Positions 26,489-36,625 of a stretch of DNA of 41,250 nucleotides are shown here, piece by piece; position 1 is the stretch's first letter, and every line of letters starts with the position of its first letter. The position numbers were made by a program, and so were the translations under genes. The stretch comes from Actinomycetota bacterium (GTDB taxonomy: Bacteria; Actinomycetota; CADDZG01; JAHWKV01; JAOPZY01). Below the pieces are notes generated by a model, which was not told where the DNA came from, searched no databases, and saw nothing but the letters and a program-made list of their open reading frames with translations. The stretch covers positions 1 through 41,250 of the forward strand of contig JAOPZY010000135.1 in NCBI GenBank assembly GCA_025963875.1, in the 5' to 3' direction.

Positions 26489-28690
26489 TCAGTCGATGGG
26501 TTTGATGGGAGCGTAGCCCAGGAGGAGACGCTTCTCCCCGATGCCGGCGAACCATACTCTGGCCTCGGCCTTGGCTTCGCTGCCTTTGAGCTCCTGGATG
26601 ACCCCCGACCCCCAGCGGTCGTGCTCGACGGTCTGCCCCACCCGCCAGTTCTGTGCCGCACGCTCGAGGTCGGGATACTGCGGGTTGCGGCCGCTCGAGA
26701 CGGCGCTCGAGACGCCAGTGGGGGCGTTGTCGCCGATGTGGCGCATGACCTCATCCGGGATCTCCTTCAGGAAGCGCGACAGGCTGTTGTAGCCGAAGTG
26801 GCCCGAGAGGCTGCGCTGGCGGGACGCCAGAAGGTAGAGACGCTCCTTCGCCCGGGTGATCCCCACGTAGGCGAGGCGGCGCTCCTCCTCCAGTTCGTCG
26901 GGGTTGGCGAGGGAGCGGATGTGCGGGAACACACCGTCCTCCATGCCGAGCAGGAAGACGACGGGGAACTCGAGGCCCTTGGCGTTGTGCAGGGTCATGA
27001 GCGAGACCGATGAGGACTCCTCGTCGTAGTCGTCCTGCTCGCTGACGAGCGCTTTGTCGCTGAGGTAGTCATCCAAGGAGCCGTCAATATTGTCCCTGGC
27101 AAACTGACGGGCACCTTCGGCCAGCTCCTTCAAGTTGTCTTGGCGGCCGAGCGCGTCGAGGGAGCCGTCCGCATGCAATTCGGCCATGTAGCCGGAGCGC
27201 TCCGCGGTGACCTCGATCAGATCCGCGATGCTCGCCCCGCGCTTAAGGAACCCCTTCAGCTCCGCGATGAGGTCGACGAACTCCCTGAGTCCACGCTGCG
27301 TCCTCGTCGGGATACCCTCGACGGCGCCGTTGACGGCGTCCTCGAGCGCCTCGTACAGAGTGATCCCCTGCAGCGCAGCGTGGGCGTCGATCATCGACAC
27401 CGTGCGGTCCCCGATGCCCCGCTTCGGCGTGTTGACGATCCGCCGCAGCGACGCCGCGTCGGCGGTGTTCACCACGACCCGGAGGTAGGACAGGATGTCT
27501 TTGACCTCCTTGCGCTCGTAGAAGCCGACCCCGCCAAGCACCCGGAAAGGAACGCCGAAGCGTTTGAACTCCTCCTCGATCACACGGGACTGGGCATTAG
27601 TCCTGTAGAAAACCGCGATGTCCCGGTAGCGACAGCCGTCCGTATTTCGCAACCGGTCGACCTCGACCGCGACGAAGGCCGCCTCGTCGTGTTCATCGTT
27701 GGCGAGGTAGTAGCCGATGAGATCGCCGGCTCCCTGGTCGGTCCAGAGGCTCTTGGGCTTACGGAGCCGGTTGTTGTCGATCAGGGCGTTGGCGGCGGTG
27801 AGGATGTTCTGGGTCGACCGGTAGTTGCGGTCGAGCGTGATGATCCGCGCCGTCGGGAAGGCCTGCTCGAAGCGCATCAGGTTGCGGTAGTCCGCCCCTC
27901 GGAAGGCATAGATGGACTGGTCCATGTCGCCGACGACGCAGATGTTGCCGTCGGGTGCCTTGAGGAGCCTCACGAGCTCGAACTGTGCGGCGTTGGTGTC
28001 CTGGAACTCGTCGACGAGGAGGTGGCTCCAGCGCGCACGGTAGGCCTCGTTGACCTCGGGGTCGCGGAGCACCTGGACCGTGCAGCCGATGAGGTCGTCG
28101 AAGTCCATGGCGTTGGCCTCCTTGAGGAGGCGCTGGTACTCGCGGTAGACCGGTGCCATCGCCTTGCGCTCCCAGTTGGGGCTCGCCTCCAGGACCTCGG
28201 GGCCGAGCATCTCGTCTTTGACCCGCGAGATGGCGTGGAGCACCTGCGAGGGCTTCAGCCGCGAGGCGCCCGGCAGCGTCGCCTCCTTGAGGATGTGGGC
28301 GATGAGGCGCTGCGAGTCTGCCGAGTCGTAGATCGTGAACGACGACCGGTAGCCCAGCCGCGGGGCCTCCTTGCGCAGCAACCGGGCGCACATGGAGTGG
28401 AAGGTCCCGATCCACATCGTCTTGGCGACGGGGCCGATGAGGGCCTCGATGCGGTCCCGCATCTGGCCGGCTGCCTTGTTCGTGAACGTGATGGCGAGGA
28501 TGGAGTACGGGGGGACCCCGTGCTCGCGGATCAGGTGGGCCACCCGCCGGGTGAGGACGGCCGTCTTGCCGCTCCCGGCCCCCGCGACGACGAGCAGGGG
28601 GCCGTCGTGGTGCATGGCAGCCTCCCGCTGGGCGGGGTTCAGGTCCCCGAGCAGGTCGTCGTCGTTGGCGGCGAGGGCGAGTTGTTCCAT
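26489..28690 (-). CDS. pcrA: ATP-dependent DNA helicase PcrA/UvrD
   Basis: LNPAQ, AGAGSGKT, TFTNKAA, VDEFQDTN, VGDMDQSIYAFRGA, NYRST, YRTNAQSR, TLHNAKGLEFP, EERRLAYVGITRA, C-terminal Tudor-like domain; ATG 6 nt after GATAAT. Confidence 0.96.
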   Translation of the reverse strand: MEQLALAANDDDLLGDLNPAQREAAMHHDGPLLVVAGAGSGKTAVLTRRVAHLIREHGVPPYSILAITFTNKAAGQMRDRIEALIGPVAKTMWIGTFHSMCARLLRKEAPRLGYRSSFTIYDSADSQRLIAHILKEATLPGASRLKPSQVLHAISRVKDEMLGPEVLEASPNWERKAMAPVYREYQRLLKEANAMDFDDLIGCTVQVLRDPEVNEAYRARWSHLLVDEFQDTNAAQFELVRLLKAPDGNICVVGDMDQSIYAFRGADYRNLMRFEQAFPTARIITLDRNYRSTQNILTAANALIDNNRLRKPKSLWTDQGAGDLIGYYLANDEHDEAAFVAVEVDRLRNTDGCRYRDIAVFYRTNAQSRVIEEEFKRFGVPFRVLGGVGFYERKEVKDILSYLRVVVNTADAASLRRIVNTPKRGIGDRTVSMIDAHAALQGITLYEALEDAVNGAVEGIPTRTQRGLREFVDLIAELKGFLKRGASIADLIEVTAERSGYMAELHADGSLDALGRQDNLKELAEGARQFARDNIDGSLDDYLSDKALVSEQDDYDEESSSVSLMTLHNAKGLEFPVVFLLGMEDGVFPHIRSLANPDELEEERRLAYVGITRAKERLYLLASRQRSLSGHFGYNSLSRFLKEIPDEVMRHIGDNAPTGVSSAVSSGRNPQYPDLERAAQNWRVGQTVEHDRWGSGVIQELKGSEAKAEARVWFAGIGEKRLLLGYAPIKPID

Positions 28691-28803
28691 ACCTCGATTA
28701 TCCACTGGGGCTACCCGGGAAGGCCGGAGCCGCCGGATGATAGTCGCCTTTCGCGCGCATGTGCGCGTTGTGCTCCTAAGTTCGGCGGCCGCCAGGTACG
28801 CGG

Positions 28804-29649
28804 TCAGGCCAGGGAGGCCCAGGGGTTGCCGCTGAAGGTCACCGGGCGCTCCAGCTTCAGGATGCGGGCCGTGCCGGGGGGGCCGTCGGGGTCGGGGGCG
28901 AACGCGCAGGCGACGACTTCTCGGCCGGCGTGGTGGACGGCAAGCGTCTTCCCGCTGCGGCCGTCCCACACCCGGACGGTGTCGTCGGCGGCCCCCGAGA
29001 CGACCACGGGGACCTGGTCGAGGACGCCCACCGTCACGCCCCAGATCGGCGCCCCGTGGCCCCGCAGGACCCTCGGCGAGCGCCCGCCGGTGGGGTCCCA
29101 CACCCGCACCGTTTGATCCGCCGCCCCGGAGGCAACGACGTCGTTCCCGTCGATGCTGCCGATGGCGACCGCCGACACCACGCCGGGGTGGCCCTGGAGC
29201 ACCACCGGTGGCTGCTGCCCGGTGAGGTCCCACACCCGGACGGTCCGGTCGTCGCCACCCGAGACGGCCACCGGGCCTCGCCACAGCGTTCCCACGGCCA
29301 CGGCCCGGACGGTGTCGACATGGCCGGTAAGGACGATGGGGGGCTCGTCGCCGGTCACGTTCCACACCCGGACGGTGGAGTCGCCGCCTCCCGAGACGAG
29401 CACCGGCGCCTGGCCGATCCAGCCAACGGCCGCAGCCCACACCAGGCCGGTGTGGCCGGGGAACGACCGAGACGGCCGCTTGCCGGTGGGATCCCAGAGG
29501 GTCAGGGTGTTGCGGGCGCCCACCGAGACGACCGCTGGCTCGCCGCCGATCTGGCTTACCGCGAGGTGACAGCCGAAGGGGAAGCGCCACATGGCGAGCA
29601 GCGGTCCCGGCGAGGGGGCCTGGTAGGCCTGGAGCTCTTCTACTCCCAC
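28804..29649 (-). CDS. WD40-repeat protein (start uncertain: GTG 29649 or ATG 29592)
   Basis: Repeats GH..V.AVAVG...VSGGxDxTVRVWD four times plus degenerate flanking blades. Confidence 0.8.
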   Translation of the reverse strand: MGVEELQAYQAPSPGPLLAMWRFPFGCHLAVSQIGGEPAVVSVGARNTLTLWDPTGKRPSRSFPGHTGLVWAAAVGWIGQAPVLVSGGGDSTVRVWNVTGDEPPIVLTGHVDTVRAVAVGTLWRGPVAVSGGDDRTVRVWDLTGQQPPVVLQGHPGVVSAVAIGSIDGNDVVASGAADQTVRVWDPTGGRSPRVLRGHGAPIWGVTVGVLDQVPVVVSGAADDTVRVWDGRSGKTLAVHHAGREVVACAFAPDPDGPPGTARILKLERPVTFSGNPWASLA

Positions 29650-29713
29650 TCGGTGGTGCCGGTCATTGGCTGCGACCTTCCGGGTGATTTTGGAGCGGTT
29701 GCGAAAGGATAGC

Positions 29714-29742
29714 GTAGGCCCGGACTCACGGTCCGGGCCTAC
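29714..29742. repeat. GTAG-bounded perfect hairpin (REP-like or terminator)
   Basis: GTAGGCCCGGAC-tcacg-GTCCGGGCCTAC 12-bp perfect stem. Confidence 0.65.
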
Positions 29743-29764
29743 ATTCGAACGCTCGCGCCGTCCA

Positions 29765-30205
29765 TCAACGTGACGGCCATCCGAGCGCGTCGAAGACCGC
29801 CACGGGGTCGAGGTAGTCGCGCCAGTGAGTGACCTTGCGATCGGTGATCGTGAGTACCGAGACGTACCGGTTGGTGTACGGGGCCCCGGTCGAAACGACT
29901 CGGCCTTCGGAAGCGTACTCGAGCACGACGACGCCGGTCTTGATGTCGTGATGGACCGCGAGGTCATGACATCGGTCCAGGACGATCATGGTTCCGTACG
30001 GGCGGTAGAGCTCGGCGACGGCCTTGCGGCCCTCGACGTGCCTTGGGTAGCCGGGGGTCGTGATGATGTAGTCGAAGATGACGTCCTCGGCCAGCAGGTC
30101 GAAGAAGTGCCCACCATCGGCAATGCCATCGAGGCCCTGCTCGATGATGCGAAAGAACGGGTCGAGCGCCTTGAAGTCGTCGAGGTCGGTGATCGTCGTC
30201 GTCAC
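29765..30205 (-). CDS. SnoaL/NTF2-like fold protein
   Basis: DLLAEDVIF, YPRHVEGRKAV, YTNRYVSVLTI, HWRDYLDP. Confidence 0.85.
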   Translation of the reverse strand: MTTTITDLDDFKALDPFFRIIEQGLDGIADGGHFFDLLAEDVIFDYIITTPGYPRHVEGRKAVAELYRPYGTMIVLDRCHDLAVHHDIKTGVVVLEYASEGRVVSTGAPYTNRYVSVLTITDRKVTHWRDYLDPVAVFDALGWPSR

Positions 30206-30216
30206 GATGGGCCCGT

Positions 30217-31053
30217 CTATGTCCACGCCTGCGCGGTTCGCCGGGCGAAGTCAGCGAACTTGATCGGCGGCGCTCCAGTGACCTTCTGGACGTTGTCGTT
30301 CGGCCGGGAGCCCATTCCGGAGGCGATGGTCTCTGTCAACATCCGCAGCACCTCGCCGTACTCGGCGGGCACGCCAGCCGCCACGCTGCCCTGGATCCAC
30401 ACGTCGCGGTCGATGTCGTTGTGCTTCAGCGGTTTTCCGGTAACGCCAGCGATGACCTCGGCGGCCTCGCTCACCGTGATCGCCTCAGAGCCGGTGAGCG
30501 CGTATGCGGCGCCGGCATGAGCATCCGGGCTGGCCAGAGTCTCGGCGGCTACCGCGGCGATGTCCTCGGCGTCGATGAACGCCTCCGAGCCGTCAGCCGT
30601 AGGTACCGTGATAACACCGTCGACGGGCTTGAGGAAGGTTTCGCTGAAGTTCTGCATGAACCAAGCGGGACGCAGGATGGAATGGGTGAAGGCGCCGCGG
30701 CCGATGAGGTCGAGCTCGACGGCTCGCAGGGCGACCTGCGGCGGGGCCTGGTCGATGCCGTAGGCGCTCAGATACGTGACGTGACGCACGCCAGCGGCCT
30801 CCGCAAGATCGAGGAAGGTCGCTACCTGGTCAGCGAAGTCCGTTCGCATGACCGGCGCGACCAGGTAGAGGCGGTCGACCCCCTGCAAAGCGGCCCGATG
30901 GGTCGTTGCATCGTCCCAGTCGAAGTGGACATCGGCGCCGTTGCGTGCGGCGGTGCGGACGCTGAGACCGAGCTTCGCGAGTTTCGCGGCGAGCCGAGAG
31001 CCAGTCTTGCCTGTGCCCGCAAGCACGAGGGTGTCGGAAGGAGCGTTCGTCAT
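30217..31053 (-). CDS. NmrA-like NAD(P)H-binding oxidoreductase
   Basis: LVLAGTGKTG, FDWDD, LRPAWFMQNF, FIDAEDIA, YALTGSEA; ATG 6 nt after TACGCT. Confidence 0.88.
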   Translation of the reverse strand: MTNAPSDTLVLAGTGKTGSRLAAKLAKLGLSVRTAARNGADVHFDWDDATTHRAALQGVDRLYLVAPVMRTDFADQVATFLDLAEAAGVRHVTYLSAYGIDQAPPQVALRAVELDLIGRGAFTHSILRPAWFMQNFSETFLKPVDGVITVPTADGSEAFIDAEDIAAVAAETLASPDAHAGAAYALTGSEAITVSEAAEVIAGVTGKPLKHNDIDRDVWIQGSVAAGVPAEYGEVLRMLTETIASGMGSRPNDNVQKVTGAPPIKFADFARRTAQAWT

Positions 31054-31129
31054 ATCTTGAGCGTACAGGGGTCCATGGAAGCGAATCAATGCGCTTGACG
31101 CTTCATTCATTGTGTAGGACGCTCATGCG

Positions 31130-32074
31130 GTGGACGTTCTGCAAGCTCATCTTGTGAGGGCTCGCGCCTCGGGCGGCGTCTTCGCGCGGTCAGTCGCACA
31201 ACCTCCATGGGGCCTACGCCTACCTGGCACGATCCAGTTGGCCGTGCACGCGGTCATCCAGGGGCGTCTGTGGTTATGGCTCGACGATCCGCGATCTCCG
31301 CTGGAGCTCGCGCCCGGTGACGTGGCGCTCGTCCGCGGCGGCCCCGATCACTTCATAGCTCACAAGCCCAACGCCGCCTGCCTGCCGCCTGAGCAGTTCC
31401 AGGCACGCCACGCAGATGACGAACGCGCCTCGGCTCATGGCGCAAACGTGTTCCTCTGCGGGGCATACGTGCTCTCAGGCGACGTCGGCCGAGGGCTACT
31501 GGAAGCTCTTCCACCGATCCTGAGTCTGTCGGCCGCGGCGGACGACCCATTGCACGACGTCATCGGTCTGTTGTCATCCGAGCTCGCCGCCTCCGCGCCC
31601 GGTCAACAGACTGTGCTCGACAGACTTCTGGATGTCCTGCTGGTGCTCGCGATTCGCGCGTGTTTCCAGCGAAGCGAGCATGCGCCCCGCTGGTATCAGG
31701 CTTCGGCCGATCCGAGGCTCGGCCCAGCCTTGAGCGCAATGCATGCCGACGCCGCCCGCGCGTGGACGGTGCCGGAGCTGGCAGCTGTCAGCGGGCTGTC
31801 ACGCGCTGCGTTCGCACGGATCTTTCAGCTCGCGCTCAGTCAGGCGCCTATGCAGTACCTGACCGAGTGGCGCATGACGCTGGCACGAGATCATCTGCGT
31901 GCCGGCGAGTTGACGCTCGCGCAGATCGGCGCACGGACCGGCTATGCCTCGCCCTACGCTTTCGCGGCGGCGTTCCGTCGCCACCACGGAGTTCCACCTG
32001 GCCAGTGGCGTCAAAGGGAGATGACAAGCCCGTTCGCCGAGCAGGCGGCTGAGGACCGGATCCACGCTACTTAA
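31130..32074 (+). CDS. AraC family transcriptional regulator (cupin + HTH)
   Basis: HAVIQG, LAPGDV, DRLLDVLL, WTVPELA...LSRAAFAR, PMQYLTEWRM, GYASPYAFAAAFRR; divergent from nmrA. Confidence 0.92.
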   Translation: MDVLQAHLVRARASGGVFARSVAQPPWGLRLPGTIQLAVHAVIQGRLWLWLDDPRSPLELAPGDVALVRGGPDHFIAHKPNAACLPPEQFQARHADDERASAHGANVFLCGAYVLSGDVGRGLLEALPPILSLSAAADDPLHDVIGLLSSELAASAPGQQTVLDRLLDVLLVLAIRACFQRSEHAPRWYQASADPRLGPALSAMHADAARAWTVPELAAVSGLSRAAFARIFQLALSQAPMQYLTEWRMTLARDHLRAGELTLAQIGARTGYASPYAFAAAFRRHHGVPPGQWRQREMTSPFAEQAAEDRIHAT

Positions 32075-32100
32075 CTGTGCGCCGCTTCACCGGGAGGGAA

Positions 32101-33651
32101 TCACTCCCACTCGATCGTCGCCGGGGGCTTCGACGAGATGTCGTACACGACCCGGTTGACGCCGGGGACCTCGGCGACGATGCGCCCGGCGATGGTGTCG
32201 AGGACCTCGGCCGGGATGCGTGCCCAGTCCGCGGTCATGGCGTCCTCGGACTCGACCGCCCGGACGGCGACGACGTTGCCGTAGGTCCGCTCGTCACCCA
32301 TGACGCCCACCGTCCGCACCGGGAGCAGGACCGCGAAGGACTGCCAGATCCGCCGCGACAGCCCCGCCCGGTGCAGCTCGCCGACGACGATCGCATCCGC
32401 GGCCCGGACCATCTCGAGCCGCTCGGGCGTGACCTCGCCGAGGATCCGCACCGCGAGGCCCGGTCCCGGGAAGGGCTGGCGCCAGACGATCTCCTCCGGC
32501 AGGCCCAGCTCCTCGCCGACCTTGCGGACCTCGTCCTTGAACAGGTCCCGCAGCGGCTCGATCAGCTCGAAGGTCATGTCGTCGGGGAGCCCGCCCACGT
32601 TGTGGTGGGTTTTGATCCGGGCCGCCACGCCGCTGGAGCCCCCGGACTCGATGACGTCGGGATACAACGTCCCCTGCACGAGAAAGGGTGCGGCGCCGCT
32701 GTCGCCGGCGATCTCCAGGGCAGCCTCCTCGAAGACCCGGATGAACTCGATGCCGATGACCTTGCGCTTGCGCTCCGGGTCCTCCACACCGGCGAGGCGC
32801 TCGAGGAACCGGTCGGCGGCCTTGATGTGCACGAGGTTGGTCGAGAGGTGGCCGCCGAAGGTGTCCACCACCTGCTCCGCCTCCCCGGCCCGCAGGAGGC
32901 CGTGGTCGACGAAGATGCACGTGAGCCGGTCCCCGACCGCACGGTGGACCAGGGCAGCCGCCACCGCGGAGTCGACACCCCCGGAGAGCCCGCAGACCAC
33001 CCGGTGATCGCCCACCTTGGCCCGGATCGCCTCGATGGCGCTCTCGATGACCCCCGTGGGCGTCCAGGCGGGGAGGCAGTCGCAGGCCCGGTACAGGAAG
33101 TTCTTCATCAGCTCCAGCCCGTTGGGGGTATGGGCGACCTCGGGGTGGAACTGGACCCCGAAGAGGCCGCGTTCCAGGTCCTCCATCGCGGCGACCGGCG
33201 AGGCGGGGCTGGCAGCGGTCGCCCGAAACCCCTCGGGCGGAGCGACGACTGCGTCGTTGTGGCTCATCCAGGCGGTCTGCTCGGCGGCCAGGCCCTCGAA
33301 GAGAAGGCCACATCCCCCGGAAACCGCCGTTCGACCGAACTCCCCCGCTTCGGCCCGGGCGACGTCGCCCCCCAGGGTCTTCGCCATCAATTGGTGGCCG
33401 TAGCAGATGCCGAGCACGGGGATGCCGAGGGCGAAGATGCCCGGATCGGCCTGGTAGGCGCCGGGCTCGTACACGCTGCGGGGGCCGCCCGAGAGGATGA
33501 TTCCCTTGGGGGCACGCCGCCGGACCTCCTCGGCGGAGATGGAGGCGGGGACGATCTCGGAGCGCACCCGGCACTCCCGGACCCGCCGGGCGATGAGCTG
33601 GGCGTACTGGGCGCCGAAATCGACGACCAGGACCGTGTCGAAGTCCGACAT
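32101..33651 (-). CDS. guaA: GMP synthase (glutamine-hydrolysing)
   Basis: [53 protein letters not shown]. Confidence 0.97.
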   Translation of the reverse strand: MSDFDTVLVVDFGAQYAQLIARRVRECRVRSEIVPASISAEEVRRRAPKGIILSGGPRSVYEPGAYQADPGIFALGIPVLGICYGHQLMAKTLGGDVARAEAGEFGRTAVSGGCGLLFEGLAAEQTAWMSHNDAVVAPPEGFRATAASPASPVAAMEDLERGLFGVQFHPEVAHTPNGLELMKNFLYRACDCLPAWTPTGVIESAIEAIRAKVGDHRVVCGLSGGVDSAVAAALVHRAVGDRLTCIFVDHGLLRAGEAEQVVDTFGGHLSTNLVHIKAADRFLERLAGVEDPERKRKVIGIEFIRVFEEAALEIAGDSGAAPFLVQGTLYPDVIESGGSSGVAARIKTHHNVGGLPDDMTFELIEPLRDLFKDEVRKVGEELGLPEEIVWRQPFPGPGLAVRILGEVTPERLEMVRAADAIVVGELHRAGLSRRIWQSFAVLLPVRTVGVMGDERTYGNVVAVRAVESEDAMTADWARIPAEVLDTIAGRIVAEVPGVNRVVYDISSKPPATIEWE

Positions 33652-33656
33652 CGGGA

Positions 33657-34817
33657 TCAGGCCCCCTGGCCCACTCCTTGCTGGCGCTGGAGGTGCTTGC
33701 CCTCGCTGGTGATGGCCGGGGCGATGACGATCTCAGCCTTCTGGAACTCCTTGATCGAGGCGTAGCCACAGGTGGCCATCGAGAACTGGAGCGCTCCGAA
33801 GAGGTTCATCGTGCCGTCGTTGACCTGGGCCGGGCCGAGCAGGATCTCCCGGAGCGTCCCCAGGGCGCCCGATGCCACGCGCACGCCTCGCGGCAGCGAG
33901 GAGTGGAAGCTCGCCATCCCCCAGTGGTAGCCGCGGCCGGGGGCCTCGACCGCCCGGGTGAGCGGGGAGCCGATCATGACGGCGTCGGCCCCGCAGGCGA
34001 TGGCCTTGGCGATGTCGCCACCGGTGCGCATCCCGCCGTCGGCGATGACCTGGACGTAGCGGCCGGTCTCGTCGAGGTGGCGCATCCGGGCTGCCGCCAC
34101 ATCGGCGATGGCCGTCGCCTGGGGCACCCCGATCCCGAGCACCTGCCGGGAGGTGCAGGCGGCACCGGGGCCGACCCCGACGAGGACACCCACCGCTCCG
34201 GTGCGCATGAGGTGCAGGGCGGCGGGGTACGAGGCGCAGCCGCCGACGATGACCGGCAGGTCGTACGTGGCGATGAACTTCTTCAGGTCGAGGGGCTCGG
34301 TGCGCGACGACAGGTGCTCAGCGGAGACGACCGTGCCCTGGATCACGAGGATGTCGAGGTCCGCGTCGAGGACGAGCTTGGCGTACCGGGCGACGTTCTG
34401 CGGCGTGAGGCTGGCCGCAGCGGTGACCCCCGACTCCTTGATCTGTCCGATGCGCTTGTGGATCAGCTCCTCTTTGATCGGCTCCTGGTACAGCTCCTGC
34501 ATGCGCCTGGTGGCGGTGTCCTGGGGGGCGGAGGCGATCTCCTCCAGGACGGCGTCGGGGTCCTCATAGCGCGTCTGCAGCCCTTCCAGGTTCAGGACGC
34601 CGAGGCCGCCGAGCCGGCCGATCTCGACGGCGGAGGCCGGCGAGACAACCGCGTCCATCGCGGCAGCGAGCAGCGGGATGTCGAAGCGGTAGGCGTCGAT
34701 CTCCCAGGAGAGATCGACGTCGTGCGGATCCCGGGTCCTCCGGGACGGGACAATCGCGATGTCGTCGAAGCCGTAGGCCCTCCGGGCCGTCTTTGCAATG
34801 CCGATCTCAAGATCCAT
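33657..34817 (-). CDS. guaB3: GuaB3 family IMP dehydrogenase-related protein
   Basis: [54 protein letters not shown]; no CBS domain. Confidence 0.92.
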   Translation of the reverse strand: MDLEIGIAKTARRAYGFDDIAIVPSRRTRDPHDVDLSWEIDAYRFDIPLLAAAMDAVVSPASAVEIGRLGGLGVLNLEGLQTRYEDPDAVLEEIASAPQDTATRRMQELYQEPIKEELIHKRIGQIKESGVTAAASLTPQNVARYAKLVLDADLDILVIQGTVVSAEHLSSRTEPLDLKKFIATYDLPVIVGGCASYPAALHLMRTGAVGVLVGVGPGAACTSRQVLGIGVPQATAIADVAAARMRHLDETGRYVQVIADGGMRTGGDIAKAIACGADAVMIGSPLTRAVEAPGRGYHWGMASFHSSLPRGVRVASGALGTLREILLGPAQVNDGTMNLFGALQFSMATCGYASIKEFQKAEIVIAPAITSEGKHLQRQQGVGQGA

Positions 34818-34847
34818 GCTGGACCCTCCCCTAGGTGATGTCGGTCT

Positions 34848-35207
34848 CTAGCCGGCTATTCCGGTCATATAGGCGCGAACCAGAAGACCGAAGACGATTG
34901 CACTGGCTACTGCGAAAACCGCCCATTCCACGCCCTCGAACCTTTTCGAGATGCGGTGGGCGGCATAGAGGGCGAACACGGAAAAAAGGCCGTAGGAGTA
35001 ATGGAGCCAGACTCTGGACTTGCCCATCGCGAGCAGGATCACGCCGAAGAGAATCTGCACCCCGAGCAGCACCTGGCCAAGCCCGAGGAGGCCCCAGAAG
35101 TACCTGCCGGGATTCTTGTTGCGGATCCATTGGATTGTGCCCCACACGAACAGGATCAAGAAGACGGCCGCGGTGCTCTCGCCCACGTACTTGTGCAAAG
35201 TCGGCAT
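34848..35207 (-). CDS. Hypothetical 4-TM membrane protein
   Basis: Hydrophobic 119-aa ORF with LH...Q..FG..L...LHYSYG...RAYMTG pattern. Confidence 0.7.
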   Translation of the reverse strand: MPTLHKYVGESTAAVFLILFVWGTIQWIRNKNPGRYFWGLLGLGQVLLGVQILFGVILLAMGKSRVWLHYSYGLFSVFALYAAHRISKRFEGVEWAVFAVASAIVFGLLVRAYMTGIAG

Positions 35208-35381
35208 GCAGTCCGGTCACCGTTCTTGAGGCCCCGCTTGGCGTGGACACACCCGCCAGACACTGCGACACAGGCGCAACGGGCTCTTCCATCGAGGCTA
35301 TCACAGCGGTGTAAGCATCCCGGGGAGCAGGTTGTCGTAAAGTTGACACCCGTCGCGGCGTCCCGTTAGCCTGCCCCCCGC

Positions 35382-36533
35382 ATGTCGCTCCCGTTTGATT
35401 TTGCGCGCACGCGAGCGTCGGCTCGCAGCATTGTCCGGCGCTCGATCGTCCTAGGGCTCGCACTCGTGCTGCTCGGCCCCTTGCTCGGCCCTGCCCCTTC
35501 CGAGGCAAGCAACGACCAAAGTCAGCTCGACCAGACGCGCAAGCAGCTTGCCGCCATCCAGCAGAAGCTGGCGCAGTCCAAGGGAGAGGCGGCGAAGATC
35601 CAGGCGCAGGTCAAGGCCCTCGACAAGCAGATCGGCGCTTTGGACAAACAGGTCGGGGTCGATACCCGGGCGGTCGCCGATCTGGAGTCCACCATCCGCA
35701 CCGACGACGCCAGGATCGCCCAGCTGGAGGCGCAGTACCAGGGGGCCCACGCCGCTGCCGACGCCCGTGCCCGGAGCATCTACATGGGCGGCCCTGCCAG
35801 TTCCCTTTCGAGCCTGCTCTCGGCCAACTCCATCAGCGACTTCATGCGCAAAACGGTCGTCTGGCAGGTGGCGGCGGATCTCGACTCCAAGGTCATCGTC
35901 CAGTCCGCCCGCCTGCGCGATGCGGTGGCCGTCGAGAAGCAGGACCTGGCGAAGACCACCGACGCCCTCCACGCCAAGGAGGGGTCCCTGCGCTCCCGGG
36001 CCGACCTGCTCACCAGTGCCCGCGGCCAGCGCAGCGCTGCCCTCGATGCCGTCAACGCCGAGATCGCCGCCGAGCAGAAGGCCGAGAACGACCTCGAACG
36101 GCAGTCGATCGCCCTGACCAACGCCCTCGCCAACAACCCTCAGATCTCCCACGGGCCCGACACCGTCTCGCCCAGCGGGCTCTCCTGGCCCGTGAAGGGT
36201 CCGATGGGATCCCCCTTCGGCCCCCGCGGCGGAGGGTTCCACTACGGCATCGACATCCTGGCCCCCACTGGCACGCCGATCCGTGCCGCCAGGGACGGGA
36301 TGGTGGCCGGCGTCTCCTGCGGCACGGGGTACGGGATCTGCACGATCATCGACCACGGCGGCGGCGTCGCCACGCTGTACGCGCACATGAGCCGCAAGAT
36401 CGTCACGGGGGGCCACGTGAGCGCCGGCGAGGAGATCGGGCTCGTGGGCTGCACCGGGTACTGCACCGGGCCGCACCTGCACTTCGAGGTCCGCATCAAC
36501 GGGACCCCGCGAAACCCCCGAAATTACCTGTAG
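35382..36533 (+). CDS. Coiled-coil + M23 peptidase (murein hydrolase, EnvC-like architecture)
   Basis: Signal peptide, long coiled coil, HYGID (HxxxD), TLYAHM, TGPHLHFEVR (HxH) with intact zinc ligands. Confidence 0.9.
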   Translation: MSLPFDFARTRASARSIVRRSIVLGLALVLLGPLLGPAPSEASNDQSQLDQTRKQLAAIQQKLAQSKGEAAKIQAQVKALDKQIGALDKQVGVDTRAVADLESTIRTDDARIAQLEAQYQGAHAAADARARSIYMGGPASSLSSLLSANSISDFMRKTVVWQVAADLDSKVIVQSARLRDAVAVEKQDLAKTTDALHAKEGSLRSRADLLTSARGQRSAALDAVNAEIAAEQKAENDLERQSIALTNALANNPQISHGPDTVSPSGLSWPVKGPMGSPFGPRGGGFHYGIDILAPTGTPIRAARDGMVAGVSCGTGYGICTIIDHGGGVATLYAHMSRKIVTGGHVSAGEEIGLVGCTGYCTGPHLHFEVRINGTPRNPRNYL

Positions 36534-36551
36534 GGCGCGCTCTTCTAGACG

Positions 36552-36597
36552 TTCTTGAGTAAAAAACGGTGTAGAGCAGCACTTTTTACTCACAGAA
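36552..36597. repeat. AT-rich ~46-bp palindrome related to 10487-10535
   Basis: TTCT-TGAGTAAAAA...TTTTTACTCA-C-AGAA. Confidence 0.7.
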
Positions 36598-36625
36598 GGT
36601 TCCGGGTTTTGTACGCACCGAGCGA

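Noticed and set aside
28691..29590. Apparent N-terminal extension or WD40 fusion of PcrA (1033 aa)
   Set aside because: The extension is an off-frame reading of the WD40 gene, which has its own stop at 28804; pcrA has its own -10 and ATG at 28690.
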